Assembly: GCA_964016885.1 (NCBI GenBank)
Contig: OZ024748.1
Coordinates: forward strand, 43,710,001 to 43,774,000
Reading direction: 5' to 3'
Length of the DNA: 64,000 nucleotides
DNA from: Eledone cirrhosa
Lineage: Eukaryota
The translations under genes and the position numbers were made by a program. The notes beneath the pieces are model-generated. The model saw nothing but the letters and a program-made list of their open reading frames with translations. It did not search any database and was not told the DNA's origin. Shown piece after piece: positions 1 to 12,830 of this stretch (the first letter of the stretch is position 1; each line of letters opens with the position of its first letter).

Positions 1-202
1 TATATATATATATAGAAGTTAATATGTCCAGGGATACTAGGTACCCCTAGAAATACATAGGTTGTCTATGATTCAAGGTTGTTCAATGGTGTTAATTTGA
101 TACACCAGAACTTTAATATTAAGATAAGCAGAACAAGTAAAATTCAATCAATTTTTCAAAATACATTAAAAAATATAATATAAATATTTACCTCTTCTAG
201 TG

Positions 203-284
203 GCCCTTACTGATCAGTTTCGCTTTGTAAAACCTCATAAATCCGATGGATTTATGATGGAAAACCAAAGCTCATCAGAGAAGC
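203..284 (-). ncRNA. Type-I hammerhead ribozyme motif, long stem II
   Basis: ttct CTGATGA gctttg..(cataaatcc/ggatttatg hairpin)..caaagc GAAAC tgatca GTA aggg. Confidence 0.75.
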
Positions 285-913
285 ATTTTCCCTTCCTAGG
301 GCTAAACGTCCCAGGAACGACAAAATATACAACCTCCTGCCAGCTAATAAAGGTCTGAAAGGTCGTAAAAGTGACCCGTATGTAAACTGGACCGAAGGAG
401 GAGGTGAGTTTTATTGTAGTACAATAAAGCAATGCAGATATCGGATAAGATATCAACCTCTCTATGTAAAACAATATATCTTTCTCTCAGTTATAAAAAC
501 TATCTCTTTCTCTCTATCACCCATCTCTCCCTCTCCACCTTCACTCTCATCTCCTCCCCCTTTTTTTCATCCTTTCCACCCCCCCTCCCTAAATAAAATA
601 CTTTTTCCTCGCACATATCCTCCTTTCGTTAATTTTCAAATTTTTTGTAATTTATACATTATCTTCCAACGGTTTTCAACCTCTCTATGTAAAACAATAT
701 ATCTCCTCTCAGTTATAAAAACTATCTCTTTCTCTCTATCACCCATCTCTCCCTCTCATCTCCTCCCCTTTTTCATCCTTTCCACCCCCACCCCCCTCTC
801 TAAATAAAATATTTTTCCCAATATCACACATCAATTTAAAACCACTTTTCATATGTTGATTTAAAACTGCACTATCCACAAGTGTTTTTTAGCCTTCACA
901 TCATGTTCTCCTG

Positions 914-980
914 TTTTATCTGATGAAAACACAAATATTATTGCATGATGATGTTTGTTTTTGGAATGCGCATAATAAAA
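914..980 (+). ncRNA. Type-I hammerhead motif, one core substitution
   Basis: ttttat CTGATGA aaac..caaatattat/atgatgtttg..ttt GGAAT gcgc ATA ataaaa (GAAA changed to GGAA). Confidence 0.65.
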
Positions 981-1012
981 TACATGGAACTCCTTTAACC
1001 ATCTTTTGATCT

Positions 1013-1077
<65 letters not shown>

Positions 1078-1372
1078 GGAGAAAGTATGACCCCGACAGC
1101 AGAGCTCAAGCCGTTTCGACGGCTATTTCTGAACTCACTCCAGAAATGGCCGTCGAAACAGCTTGAGCTCTGCCGTCGGGGTCATACTTTTTCCTATTAC
1201 CCACTCTACTGCCCTTAGTATTGAGTACTCTGGTGCGTTATGGTTCATCTGGTTCCTTACCGCAATTCCTTTGTTATATATATATGTAAAAGGTAAACAG
1301 ATATAACAACACAATCAGTACATTATATGGAAGGGATATATTAGGTTAACGTTTGATATAGCAGGAAGAGGG

Positions 1373-1408
1373 TCTTAACGTTTCGGACACTAGTCCTTCA
1401 TCAGAAGA
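1373..1408 (-). ncRNA. Minimal Penelope-type hammerhead
   Basis: tctt CTGATGA a ggac tagt gtcc GAAACGTT aaga. Confidence 0.8.
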
Positions 1409-1619
1409 AAGAATGAGAAATAAGATAGATTGAGGGGACGGGCGGGTTGGAATTGGAAAAAATGTCTTTAGATAAAAATAACAGGTCCATTCATGTTGAC
1501 ATCTCTTGCAAAACTATATATAAATGAAGTAATTCCGTTGGAAAGGTCCAGGAAAAAAGAGTGCTCTATGTAAGTTACAGAGCTTATTAGTTATGTAATT
1601 AACAACATAAGATAATTAT

Positions 1620-1677
1620 TTCATTTACCAGTGGTTTCTAGAAAGCAACCAAAATTGCTTTCATTCATCAGAATGAA
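1620..1677 (-). ncRNA. Type-I hammerhead at the centre of a fold-back
   Basis: ttcatt CTGATGA at gaaagcaa ttttgg ttgctttc ta GAAAC c act g GTA aatgaa; perfect 6-bp stem I. Confidence 0.78.
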
Positions 1678-1844
1678 AAAATCCTGGTTGCTTTCAAGAA
1701 ACCACTGGTAAATGAAATAATTATCTTATGTTGTTTATTACATAACTAAATTCCATCTGTGATAACATTTTACACGTTTTTATTGTATGTAAACTTCCCC
1801 CTTTGTATTTGTCCCCTTCTTTTGTGCCCCTGTGGCTAATAAAG

Positions 1845-1896
<52 letters not shown>

Positions 1897-1898
<2 letters not shown>

Positions 1899-2292
1899 AG
1901 GCACACGGCTTAGTGGTTAGAGCATTGGCCTTGCAATCAAAAGGTTGTGAGTTCAATTCTCAGATTGGGTGATGTGTTGTTTCCTTGAGCAAGATACTTT
2001 ATTTCACATTGGTCCAGTTTACTCAGCTGTAGAAATGAGATGATAGTGACTGGGGTCCCTATCACTCCACTGTAAAGTGGACGTGTAGGTGCCACGGCAA
2101 AAAATCACCCAGCCCACACTGTAAAGTGGACGTGTAGGTGCCACGGAAAAAAACAGCACCCAGCACTCACTGTAAATGAGGTTGGTGTTAGGAAGGGCAT
2201 CCAGCTGTAGAAATCAAGCCAGAATCAGTTCCCGTCCCGCCCTTGCAAGCAGGGAAAAGTGGACGTAAAATGAAACGATGATGAAATGATGA
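1897..2292 (+). mobile_element. tRNA-derived CORE-type SINE with RTE-derived 3' tail
   Basis: GGCTTAGTGG A-box, GAGTTCAATTC B-box, CCTTGAGCAAG core; 3' half matches the RTE 3' UTR at 60370-60620; second copy 28808-29160. Confidence 0.75.
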
Positions 2293-3244
2293 TATATATC
2301 TATATATATATATATATATATTATATATATTTAACGAAGGGTAAAAATAAGATAAGAAATAGTTATTGTTAAATGGATTAACATGGTTGTTAGAGGGAAT
2401 AACATGAATAATAATTGTTTCTACGTTTGGCACAAGGCCAGCAAATACCCAGTGTATTACTGGTACTTTATTTTGTCGACCCCGTAAGGATGAAAGGCAA
2501 AGTTAACCTCGGCGGGATTTGAACTCAGAATGGCAAGGGCCGTAACTCTATGCGCCAAAGCATGGCATCCGACACTATGATTTGGTTTATATATGGTTTA
2601 CTTCATGTGAATCAATTAAAAAGTACAATAAAACAGTTACCAAGAGTTCAGAAGGTTGACAATGTTGTTGTTGATGTGTTGGTGGTTAAAGTTTATTGCA
2701 GTCCCTCGTAGTAGGTCTCATGTTGAGTCTATAACCATAGTGAGAGAGAGAGAGAGAGTAATGGTTTGTATACCTCTGAATGGTCTGTAGATAAGTGTGG
2801 CCTGTAGATAGCGGTGAATCTTTCATAATAAGGTCACATTGAAGGAATTCAGACGACAAACTAATTAAATAATAACAATGATTGATACTATAATTATTTT
2901 CTTGGCAGTATCGGTAGAGGGTCAGACGCCATAATTTACAGCATAGAGTTACGGCCCTTTATAGTCTGAGTTAACTGAGAAATCCCGCCGAGGTTAACTT
3001 TGCCTTTCATCCTTACAGAGTCGATAAAATAAAGTACCAGTAATGCGCTGGGATGATTGCTGGCTTTGTGCGAAAAGTAGAAACAATTACTTTCTTGGGA
3101 TGGGGGTTCGTTTTATTCTTTGCGGAATTAAAAAACTCCATGGCCCCCAAAAACCTTGGGACGCAGATTTTGAAAATCAAATATGTTTTTTTCTGGGTTG
3201 CACCGTTTCAGAGCCTTTTGGCAACATACATACACATACATACA

Positions 3245-3845
3245 TGGTGGCTGCCAACTCGTTTTCGAGTACGGCCACTACTTTATATCCATGTAGGAGA
3301 ACCCTTACCGATGCGCTGAACGAGTGTGACTTTTTAGTCCAGCCCACGACTTGAAAACTCTGGTACAAACACTACACTTGTGACAATTATTGACACATAG
3401 TGCTGGGCTCATGGTACCATGTGACGACAAGTGCAGAGAGATCTCCAGATATAAAGCAATGCCTGTGCCGTGAAGCTTTTATAGTGAGCAAAGGCACTGC
3501 ACAAAGCCAGTCCCACTCTCTTAACCAAGATGATATTTACCAAAAAGAAGAACAAGTCAACATCATTGGATACCATCAGAGTTGCGGGTGTTATATCAGA
3601 GTTTTCCTTCTCCTAGAATTCTGCCTTGACAAAGGCTAAGAAGTCATCTCTCTCGGTGATTTTGGATGGCCATTGACTCTTAAGAGTTCCTTTGCCCTTT
3701 GACAGGTTTTGTTTTTATTCCTGCAGGATGTCCAAAGTCACCCTCCTCACCAAGAAAACTTGGTGGGGTTGCCAGTTTAGTCGCCAACAACCCGACCATG
3801 AGTCAGGTTGTACTGGGATACATGTTACCAGTAGCACCAACTGAC
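3245..3845 (-). mobile_element. Short RTE-derived non-autonomous element, copy 1
   Basis: About 600 bp, near-identical to 3905-4900 and 23376-23983; 3' part carries a C2H2 remnant (KCSVCTRVFKS..GLKSHTRSAHR*), ends in stem-loop + (TGTA)n. Confidence 0.75.
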
Positions 3846-3904
3846 ATACATACATACATACACACACATACATACATACACATAGATACATACATACATA
3901 CACA

Positions 3905-4900
3905 TGGTGGCTGCCAACTCGTTTTCGAGTACGGCCACTACTTTATATCCATGTAGGAGAACCCCTACCGATGCGCTGAACGAGTGTGACTTGTTAGTCC
4001 AGCCAGCGACTTGAAAACTCTGGTACAAACACTACACCTGCGACAATTATTGACACATAGTGCTGGGCCCATGGTACCATGTGACGACAAGTGCAGAGAG
4101 ATCTCCAGTTATAAAGCAATGCCTGTATAACGGGTTTTAGGGTCAATTCTTAATATACATAATAGAGATCAGAAGGCATTTAGAACATTGACTAAATCCA
4201 TTATCGATGTTGTAACTCTATTTATTAGTTGTACATGTTGAACGGATACATTAGGTACAGGTCGTATCTACATGTGTAGGATGTAGTTTGGTCCGCTTCA
4301 TTGCAAGATGGAGATGTTGTTAGCAGCGAGGAGTGTAGCCTGGTCTTGTCGATAAGAGAGGTGCGTGTAGACTAATGTCTCTCTTGGTCACCTCCGCTCA
4401 CCTGGTGACGTAGTTCTGGACAGTCCAATTAGTGCACCGAAGGTTTCGATTGGCTCACACTTCAGCCAACTTACCTCCGTAACACCATTCCGCCGCAGAA
4501 GGAAAATACATTTCATTCACTGCTACACCTGTGCCGTGAAGCTTTTATAGTGAGCAAAGGCACTGCACAAAGCCAGTCCCACTCTCTTAACCAAGAAGAT
4601 ATTTACCAAAAAGAAGAACAAGTCAACATCATTGGATCCCATGAGGGTGCAGGTGTTATATCAGAGTTTTCCTTCTCCTAGAATTCTGCCTTGACAAAGG
4701 CTAAGGGGTCATCTCTCCCGGTGATTTTGGATGCCCTTTGACTCTTAAGAGCTCCTTTGCCCTTTGACAGGTTTTGTTTTTAGTCCTGCAGGATGTCCAA
4801 AGTCACCCTCCTCACCAAGAAACCTTGGTGGGGTTGCCAGTTTAGTCGCCAACGACCCGACCATGGGACAGGTTGTACTGGGATACATGTTACCAGTAGC
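3905..4900 (-). mobile_element. Short RTE-derived non-autonomous element, copy 2 (contains solo LTR)
   Basis: Tandem with copy 1; interrupted at 4126-4527. Confidence 0.75.
4126..4527 (-). mobile_element. Solo LTR with perfect 4-bp TSD
   Basis: 402-bp insertion splitting a repeat whose empty site is seen at 3461-3470; CCTG duplicated at 4122-4125 and 4528-4531; termini TGTAGC...GTTATA on minus. Confidence 0.85.
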
Positions 4901-5176
4901 ATAGATACATACATACACACATACATACATACACACACATACATACACACACATACATACATACACAGACATACACATACATACATACACATACATACAT
5001 TCATACATACATACACACATACATTCATAAATACATACATGTACACACATACCTCTACACACACACATATATACACAACTATACACACAAACACACATTT
5101 ATATACACATACACCTCTACACACACACACACTCACACATATATATATATATATATATATAAATACACACAGTTCT

Positions 5177-5209
<33 letters not shown>

Positions 5210-5445
5210 CACATACACCTCTACACACACACACATCTATATATACACAGTTCTACACACACACACACACACATATATATATACATACCTAGACACACAC
5301 ACACCTCCAGACATACACACCTCCAGACATACACACCAGAGACGAAGGTGTGACATGTTCCTTTACGTACATCCTTTCCTTGTTTATATAATTGTAAGGG
5401 GTTCAATCCCAGACAGGAAATCCTATTGTTGGAAAACTAGAGAAC

Positions 5446-5903
5446 ATCATCATCACCATCACCATCACCATCATCATCATCATCATCACCATCACCATCA
5501 CCATCACCATCATCATCATCACCATCACCATCACCATCAACATCACCATCACCATCACCATCACTACCATCATCACCATCACCATCACCATCATCATCAC
5601 CATCACCATCACCATCACTACCATCATCATCATCACCATCACCATCATCATCACCATCACCATCATCATCATCATCACCATCATCATCAACATCACCACC
5701 TTCATCATCATCATAATCTTCATCATCATCGTCACCATCATCATCATCATTTAGTGCCATCATCATCGTCACCATCATCATCATCATTTAGTGTCATCAT
5801 CATCACCATCATAATCATCATCATCATCATCATCGCCATCACCATCATCATCATCTTCATTTAGTGTCATCATCATCATCATCATCATCATCATTGTCAT
5901 CAC
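5446..5903. repeat. (CAT/CAC)n trinucleotide tract
   Basis: Direct inspection; source of poly-His and poly-Asp/Gly ORFs. Confidence 0.95.
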
Positions 5904-6304
5904 CAAAAACTATACAGAGTGTACTGGGTGCATTTATCATGTCACCAACCCTAGTGAGGCTTTCACATACTTGACACAGCTCAAGTGTCCTCCCAATGTC
6001 CTCGCTACGTTAGGAATAATACGCATCTCTGAGGCAGTGGTGGCGACAAAGCTCCCAGTGCAGTTCCAGCCAACCACAGCAATGCCATGACAGGTTTATG
6101 TATCTAGGTATTTAGGGTAGCTACACCCATACCCTTGGGTGTCATATGTGGTGACTTGGTACACCATATCCTATCACTGGGTCACACATCTACATTGAGG
6201 GGGTGGGGTGGTAGAGATGCTTCTCGTTTAAACAATTGAATATGGTAACACACATACACACACACAGTGATATATACACATACACATGCACACTTACACA
6301 CAAA

Positions 6305-6379
<75 letters not shown>

Positions 6380-6399
6380 ATGTATACACATACACACAT

Positions 6400-7480
6400 A
6401 AAAGACTTATGGCGAAACTCTCTGCATTGGGTGTGAGGGATGATCTTTTTAACTGGTTGAAATCCTTCATTCTCAGTCGAAGGGGGGTAGTCACGGTTCT
6501 AGGACAGCATTCTTCACCATATGAGATGTCACCTGGTGTACCACAGGGATCTGTTCTTGGTCCCCTTTTGATTGTTGCATACATTAATGACATAGATGCC
6601 AACTTAAAGAATGCCACAGTACTGAAATATGCAGATGACATCAAGCTGTACCTTGAAATCAAAAGGACTGATCCTGAAATCTATAACTCTTTCCTACAAT
6701 CAGACCTGGACACAATCAGCAATGGATCACAGACTGGCAAGTGTACACAATGCATTTTGGGAGGAAAAATCCAGCATCCACATACTCCCTCCACAACAGT
6801 CCTCTTGTGAACGTGACCTGGGCATTACTGTCAGCAGCGATTTGCGTTGAACAAAGCACATCTCTAAAATTGTCAAGAAGGCCGAGGGTGCCTTGGCATC
6901 ACTCAGCAAGACCTTTGTTAGCCGCTCACCAGCCATCTATTTAAAGCTGTATACAGCTATGGTATGACCACACTTGGAATTCGCATCATCAGTCTGGAAC
7001 CCCTATCTTGCTCAGAACATTGACCTCCTGGAAACTGTTCAGAGACGTGCAACCAAGCGCATACCCTCCATCAGACACCTACCATACTCTGAACGCCTTG
7101 CTTCCCTGGGCATGGATTCATTGAAGCTCCGACATCTGGCAATGGACTTTGTAAACACCCATAACATTATTAACCCTCTCGCCAACAACAACCCTGAGCA
7201 CCTTTTTTAATTTCCATGTGTCTAACACACGTGGACATGTCTACAAAGTCAGAAAACAGCACAGCTCCCATGACTTTCGGAAACATTTTTTCATGCTTAG
7301 AGTTGCTGAAGCATGGAACAAACTACCTGCACCAGTTGTTAGCTGTCGAGACACTGCATCCTTTAAAACCCTCATGCTTCCCGAAATTCGCCAAAACTAC
7401 ACCTTATGTCTCCCTTCCATACACATGCACACACGTGTATATCATGACTCATGCACTGTTTTTTTCATTTATTATTATCA
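6400..7480 (+). mobile_element. 5'-truncated CR1/L2-group LINE
   Basis: PGVPQGSVLGPLL, KYADDIKLY, RDLGITV, LETVQRRATK, FFMLRVAEAWNKLP; stops and frameshifts; (ATT)n-like tail. Confidence 0.88.
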
Positions 7481-8314
7481 TTATTATACAGACACATACA
7501 CAAACACACAGACACATACACACTAATACACAAACACATACAATGCATATACAAACACACAGTTCTAATATGTTTGTGACCTAGTTAGATCTGGGATGAA
7601 AACATTCCAGATCTAACTAGGTCACAACATTATAGAAGATGACATTTAAATCAAAGGATAGACATAAGTTTAAAGCACAGCTGTGGTTATTGATAACATT
7701 CTCTTTCTCACCTTCTGAAGACAACAGTCTTATGATTCTCTTCTATTTACTATTTCTCTCTTTCCTATATTTCCCTTCCTTTGGCTAAGACCTCACCTTC
7801 TCCTGTTTTTTTTTTTTTGTTTTTGTTTTTTTTTTTGGGGGGGGGGGTCTTCTATATTTGTGTCATTCGCTTCAAGGCCTAATTTGTCTCTGTTTTCTTA
7901 TGTCCTAAAATGCACTGGAATGAAAGGTATCAACCATAATGTACTGAAACTGTAGTGATTTCCAGAGGTTGACTGAGGAGATGGGACTGTCTCTCTTTCC
8001 ACTGTTTTTTTCCCATTGTCTTTGCCCTGTGCACCCGCTATTTTGAATATATATATATATAGTCAGGACCCTGACAGCTGAGCTCCACCCGTTTCAACAG
8101 CTAGATCTGAACTCATATATATATATATATATTTATATATATATGTGTGTGTGTGTGTATATATATATATACATATACGTATATATCATTATCATTATCA
8201 TCATCAACCCGCCGAGGTTGACTTTGCCTTTCATCCTTACGGGGTCGATAAAATAAAGTACCAGTAATGCACTGAGTAATTGCTGGCCTTGTGCCTAAAG
8301 TAGAAACAATTATC

Positions 8315-8981
8315 ATTATCATCATCATCGTTTGATGTCTATCTTCCACGCTAGCATGGGTTTAGACGGGAATTGTCCCACGTGAGGCAAGATTGGTTGT
8401 CTTGCTCGTATAGGACTGTCTGGCGGGTTTCCTACGGCTGGATGCCCTTCCTAACACCAACCGCGTTCACAGTGTGGACTGGGAGGTTTTTACCCTGTTA
8501 CCTACACGGCCACATTACAGCGTGGACTGTGTGTTTTTTTTTTGTCGTGACACACCTACACGACCTCATTTGTTTAGGACTGGATGTTGTGGCACCAACA
8601 TAACTTTACAGAGAAAGGGCTTGTGTAGATGCGGGTGGGGTAGTGGGATGGGGGTGTATTTTTGGTTAGGAGGTGCCTTTGTACTTAGGCAAGGTGGGTC
8701 TTCTGTATTACTACGTAGCGCCAAAGATCTCGGTCCAGTGACATTGTCTTGGAGAGGTGTAAGTGTGTAAGGTCGCAATTTATCAAATCATCCCAGGTTT
8801 TTCTGGGTCTGCCTACTCCGTAGCTACCGTCTATTTTGATCGCCCTGCACTATTATATACAGCTGTCGTCTTTCGTGCGCATCACGTGGCCATACCAACG
8901 TAGTCTTCTCTCGAGTAAACAGCATCTGATCCCTCTTATTCCTAATTTCTCACTTAGTTCATTTATGCTTTGCCGTTCACG
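8315..8981 (-). mobile_element. RTE 3' fragment
   Basis: Close match to 62590-63270; further 3' fragments at about 12020-12300 (+) and 43008-43236 (+). Confidence 0.85.
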
Positions 8982-9292
8982 TATAACGGAAAATCAGTGA
9001 TGCATCTGAACTCAATTTATTGTGTTACAATTGTTTCCCCGGTGGACAGCTCGAGACGCGATCATTGTGTGGATCTGTCTGATTCTGGACCCGCAGATTC
9101 GACGGACATGTCGAATGATTTCCAAGCATATTCTCTCACTGGGGTATCTGACCCCCTGGGCCAGTACCGTCAGAAACGTCATCCTCTTAGCGCGTCCTGT
9201 GATTGGCTGCTGGTTGTCAACGTCACCATAATTCTGACCACAGGTACCAGTCCGCTGACCATCAGGGCGTTAGTTGTCCCATGTCTGCTACA
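8982..9292 (-). mobile_element. Probable solo LTR
   Basis: Same terminal signature (TGTAGCAG...CCGTTATA on minus), CpG-rich interior; TSD not recoverable because an RTE fragment abuts it. Confidence 0.55.
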
Positions 9293-10929
9293 CTTCAATG
9301 AATTACTGCTGTGTTTGGTTGTTCAACATCCACGCGCACACACACACAAGCACATAGATAATTGTTTCTACTATTGGCACAAGGCCAGCAATTACCCAGT
9401 ACATTACTGGTACTTTATTTTATCGACCCCGTAAGGATGAAAGGCAAAGTTAACCTCGGCGGGATTTGAACTCAGAATAGCAAGGGCCGTAACTCTATGC
9501 ATCAAAGCATGGCGTCCGACCCTCTACCGATACTGCCAATCCAATGACAGTCGTACGCATAGACACCCGCTATACACACACATTTAAGGAGAACATATAA
9601 ACATATAAACATATAAACATAAACATATAAACATACGCATACATGCATCCAGAGAGGCACGTACACACACATGCCCACATGCCTATATACATCAACATAC
9701 ACACTCACATACATGCGCATACACATGCACACGCGTGTATATACACGTACAGACATATACATAGACCCCCCATCCACCCACATATACACGTACCCATATA
9801 CATATATACACACAAACAAGCCCTTTCCCTACACGGGTGCTTGTACACACACACACACACACACAGAGAGAGACTGGCGCATATACACTCTTACAAATAT
9901 GCGCATATTCATATACACACCCACGCATACATAAAAAAAAAATATATATATATATACATAAAAAGAATATACACACAAAGTCATATAAAGATACACAATG
10001 GGCCATACATGAAAGGATGCATCTTGTTATAAATATATACATATATAAAAAAATACATACACATACATATGTATATAGATATATAGATATATATAAAAAT
10101 GTATAAAAATATATAAAAGATATACATATAACTGTTTCTACTTTAGGCACAAGGCCAGCAATTACCCAGTGCATTACTGGTACTTTATTTTATCGACCCC
10201 GTAAGGATGAAAGGCAAAGTCAACCTCGGCGGGATTTGAACTCAGATCGTAAAGGGACGTAACTATGCTGGAAAGCATGGCGTCCGACCCTCTACCGATA
10301 CTGATATAACGGCACATAAATATACACAGTGGGCTATACATGAAAGGGTGCACCTTGTTATATGTGCCGACAGAGATGTTGTTACGTTGCGAACATGGAG
10401 CAATCCACGTATGGAATCTTCATGCAAAGCCACATCATGTGCGTTCATTGTATTACAGTAAATAGTACGTGCAGACCGTACATAGAAAATGCGTGCAGAA
10501 TATATATAAAAGAAGAAACGTGTGTGCATATGAGATAGTACACAAGAGAAGTATGAGATACAGACGTGGGTCTGTATACGGAAAATACATTAGGTGTTAC
10601 AAAATAGAATGCGTGGAGAGTATGCACTCTCTACTGAAAAGATACACATGCAGGGGGGTGCGTGGACCGGCCATACTGGAGTATGTCACTGTGGTTGAGG
10701 TATAGTGTCTTATTGTTGTAAGGCACTTGACTGAATATCAATGAAATCCAGGTCAACCTGTCCCGGCCCAGGCGATGTTTTTGCCTAGGGTGACGTGCAG
10801 AGTCGGGCGTGCATCCTGGGTTATTTTGGCTTACCCCATGGGGCATATATAGTCAACAGGTTATGGTGTCTGATCCCTTGAACCCGTTTCGCCGCTCTGG
10901 TCGGTGTGCGCTCCGCCGCATGCCTTTAG

Positions 10930-11174
10930 CTTGGGCTGCCCGGGGGATTCCATGCAGAGAGTGAGCACCTTCTCAGGTGCCTGCACGTCATGATTATTTC
11001 TGATTTCAGGTTGACCGCCTCATCCTTCAGTCTGACTATCTCCATGGCCTCGGATAGGCATTCGCGTGCCGATTGATACTCCAGTTGAGGGCATACGGGG
11101 TGCCTTTGTCTTTCAAGTCCCACACCAGGTCCGCCAGCCTAGTAGAGTGCCTCTTGCTCCGGTCCTTGAAAGAC

Positions 11175-11175
<1 letters not shown>
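10930..11175 (-). mobile_element. Penelope-like element remnant (GIY-YIG C-terminus)
   Basis: STRLADLVWDLKDKGTPYALNWSI...NLKSEIIMTCRH resembles the PLE motif STxLSxxIWxLKxxxxxYxIxWSI...LNxRSELxxxCRH. Confidence 0.75.
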
Positions 11176-11259
<84 letters not shown>

Positions 11260-11344
11260 GAAAAATTGAACAGGGACAGAACAGAGAGGCAGTACAATAA
11301 ATGTTTATTAAATTCACGCTCAGGAGAGTGGGGGGTAGGTGGGG

Positions 11345-11378
11345 GACGACGTTTCGGGCATAAGCCCTTCTTCAGGTG
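11345..11378 (-). ncRNA. Minimal Penelope-type hammerhead
   Basis: cac CTGAAGA a gggc ttat gccc GAAACGTC gt. Confidence 0.8.
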
Positions 11379-11472
11379 AGAAGTGTGTGGGAACAGAGTT
11401 CAAAAGGTGTGTAGGGGAGTGGTGGAGAGACATATAGCGAAAGGAAACGGTGCGAATGAAAAATTAATATAC

Positions 11473-11503
<31 letters not shown>

Positions 11504-11684
11504 AAATTAGGATTTTATTTCTCGCCCTAGCACAGTGTTGAACAAACAGGTGACAATCGGTCACTGGCACAGCTTCAAATCAGGCCGTTTGTTTACAAAC
11601 GAATTGAACCGATAAAATAAAGTACCAGTAATACACTGGGTAATTGCTGGCCTTGTGCCTAAAGTAGAAACAATTATTAATGTT

Positions 11685-11878
11685 TGCGGTGGATTGGCAG
11701 TATCGGTAGAGGGTCGGACGCCATGCTTTCCAGCATAGTTACGTCCCTTTACAGCCTGAGTTCAAATCCCGCCGAGGTTGACTTTGCCTTTCATCCTTAC
11801 GGGGTCGATAAAATAAAGTACTAGTAATGCACTGGGTAATTGCTGGCCTTGTGCCTAAAGTAGAAACAATTACTAATG
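11685..11878 (+). mobile_element. tRNA-derived SINE with Nin/Deu-like central domain (representative copy)
   Basis: A-box-like TGGCAGTATCGG, B-box GAGTTCAAATCC, core CCTTTCATCCTTACGGGGTCGATAAAATAAAGTAC; further copies at about 2412-2575, 2903-3090, 8208-8310, 9358-9545, 10130-10305, 31430-31580, 51325-51535, 54905-55450. Confidence 0.85.
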
Positions 11879-11922
11879 TTTGATACAACCCACACGTACA
11901 TATGTATATATGTGTGTGTATG

Positions 11923-11989
<67 letters not shown>

Positions 11990-12265
11990 GTGTACATGTG
12001 CATACTTACATCTATATATATATGACACGTGTAGGTGTCACGTCAAAAAAACCCACAGTCCACGCTGTAATGTGGTCGTGTAGGTAACACGGTAAAACCC
12101 TCCCAGTCCACACTGTAAATGTGGTTGGTGTTAGGGAGGGCATCCAACCGTAGAAAACCTGCCTGACAGTCCTATACGAGAGAGACACGGTCACCCGACC
12201 AATCTTACGTCAGGTGGGACAATTCCCGTCTAACCCATGCTAGAATTGAAGATAGATGTTATACG

Positions 12266-12300
<35 letters not shown>

Positions 12301-12479
12301 ATATTTATATGTGTGTGTGTAAACAAGACTGTTATTGCTCCAATCAGTTTATTCACCCTCAGAAAATACCCTAAACTGAATGCTCATCTGTACCCAGAAC
12401 TTCTGTCAAACCAGCTATACTGACCCTCCAAATTCATTAAATCAAATGTGGACCATCTACTCTCCCAAACTCGACTTAT

Positions 12480-12830
12480 GCAACCAGACCACCGCAGCCA
12501 CCTAATGGGGACGACACATGTTATCAAGCAACAGCTGTCATATTACGTAGTTTTTGTATAATAAAGCCAAAGCTGTTATTATCTGCAGCGACCTCAACCC
12601 CATTATGTAGGCTGTGCTCCACCTAGATGTCTCTTGTGACAACTAAATTGAATTAGATGTGACATACTGCGACACATTCTCCACCTCCAACTTAGTCACT
12701 TCAGCCACAAACCCTGGTACCATGGCCCGCAATGCAGAGGACAAGAAGACAAGCAAATACCAGGGCTTGTCTGGCTGCTTCCTCTTTGCACCGGTCACCA
12801 TTGAGACCTCAGGCCTCCTCAGACCCCTGT
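12480..12830 (+). mobile_element. CRE-like RLE retrotransposon fragment
   Basis: DVTYCDTFSTSN...ARNAEDKKTSKYQGL...FAPVTIETSG matches the CRE-clade endonuclease C-terminus. Confidence 0.65.

Noticed and set aside
1897-1970. tRNA gene
   Set aside because: A/B boxes present but it continues into a CORE domain and RTE tail, so it is a SINE head; no clean cloverleaf
5355-5864. Poly-His ORF
   Set aside because: (CAT/CAC)n microsatellite
7910-7975. Possible hammerhead (CTGGAATGA..GAAACTGTAGTG)
   Set aside because: Core has an insertion, cleavage triplet GTG is non-permissive and stem I does not pair
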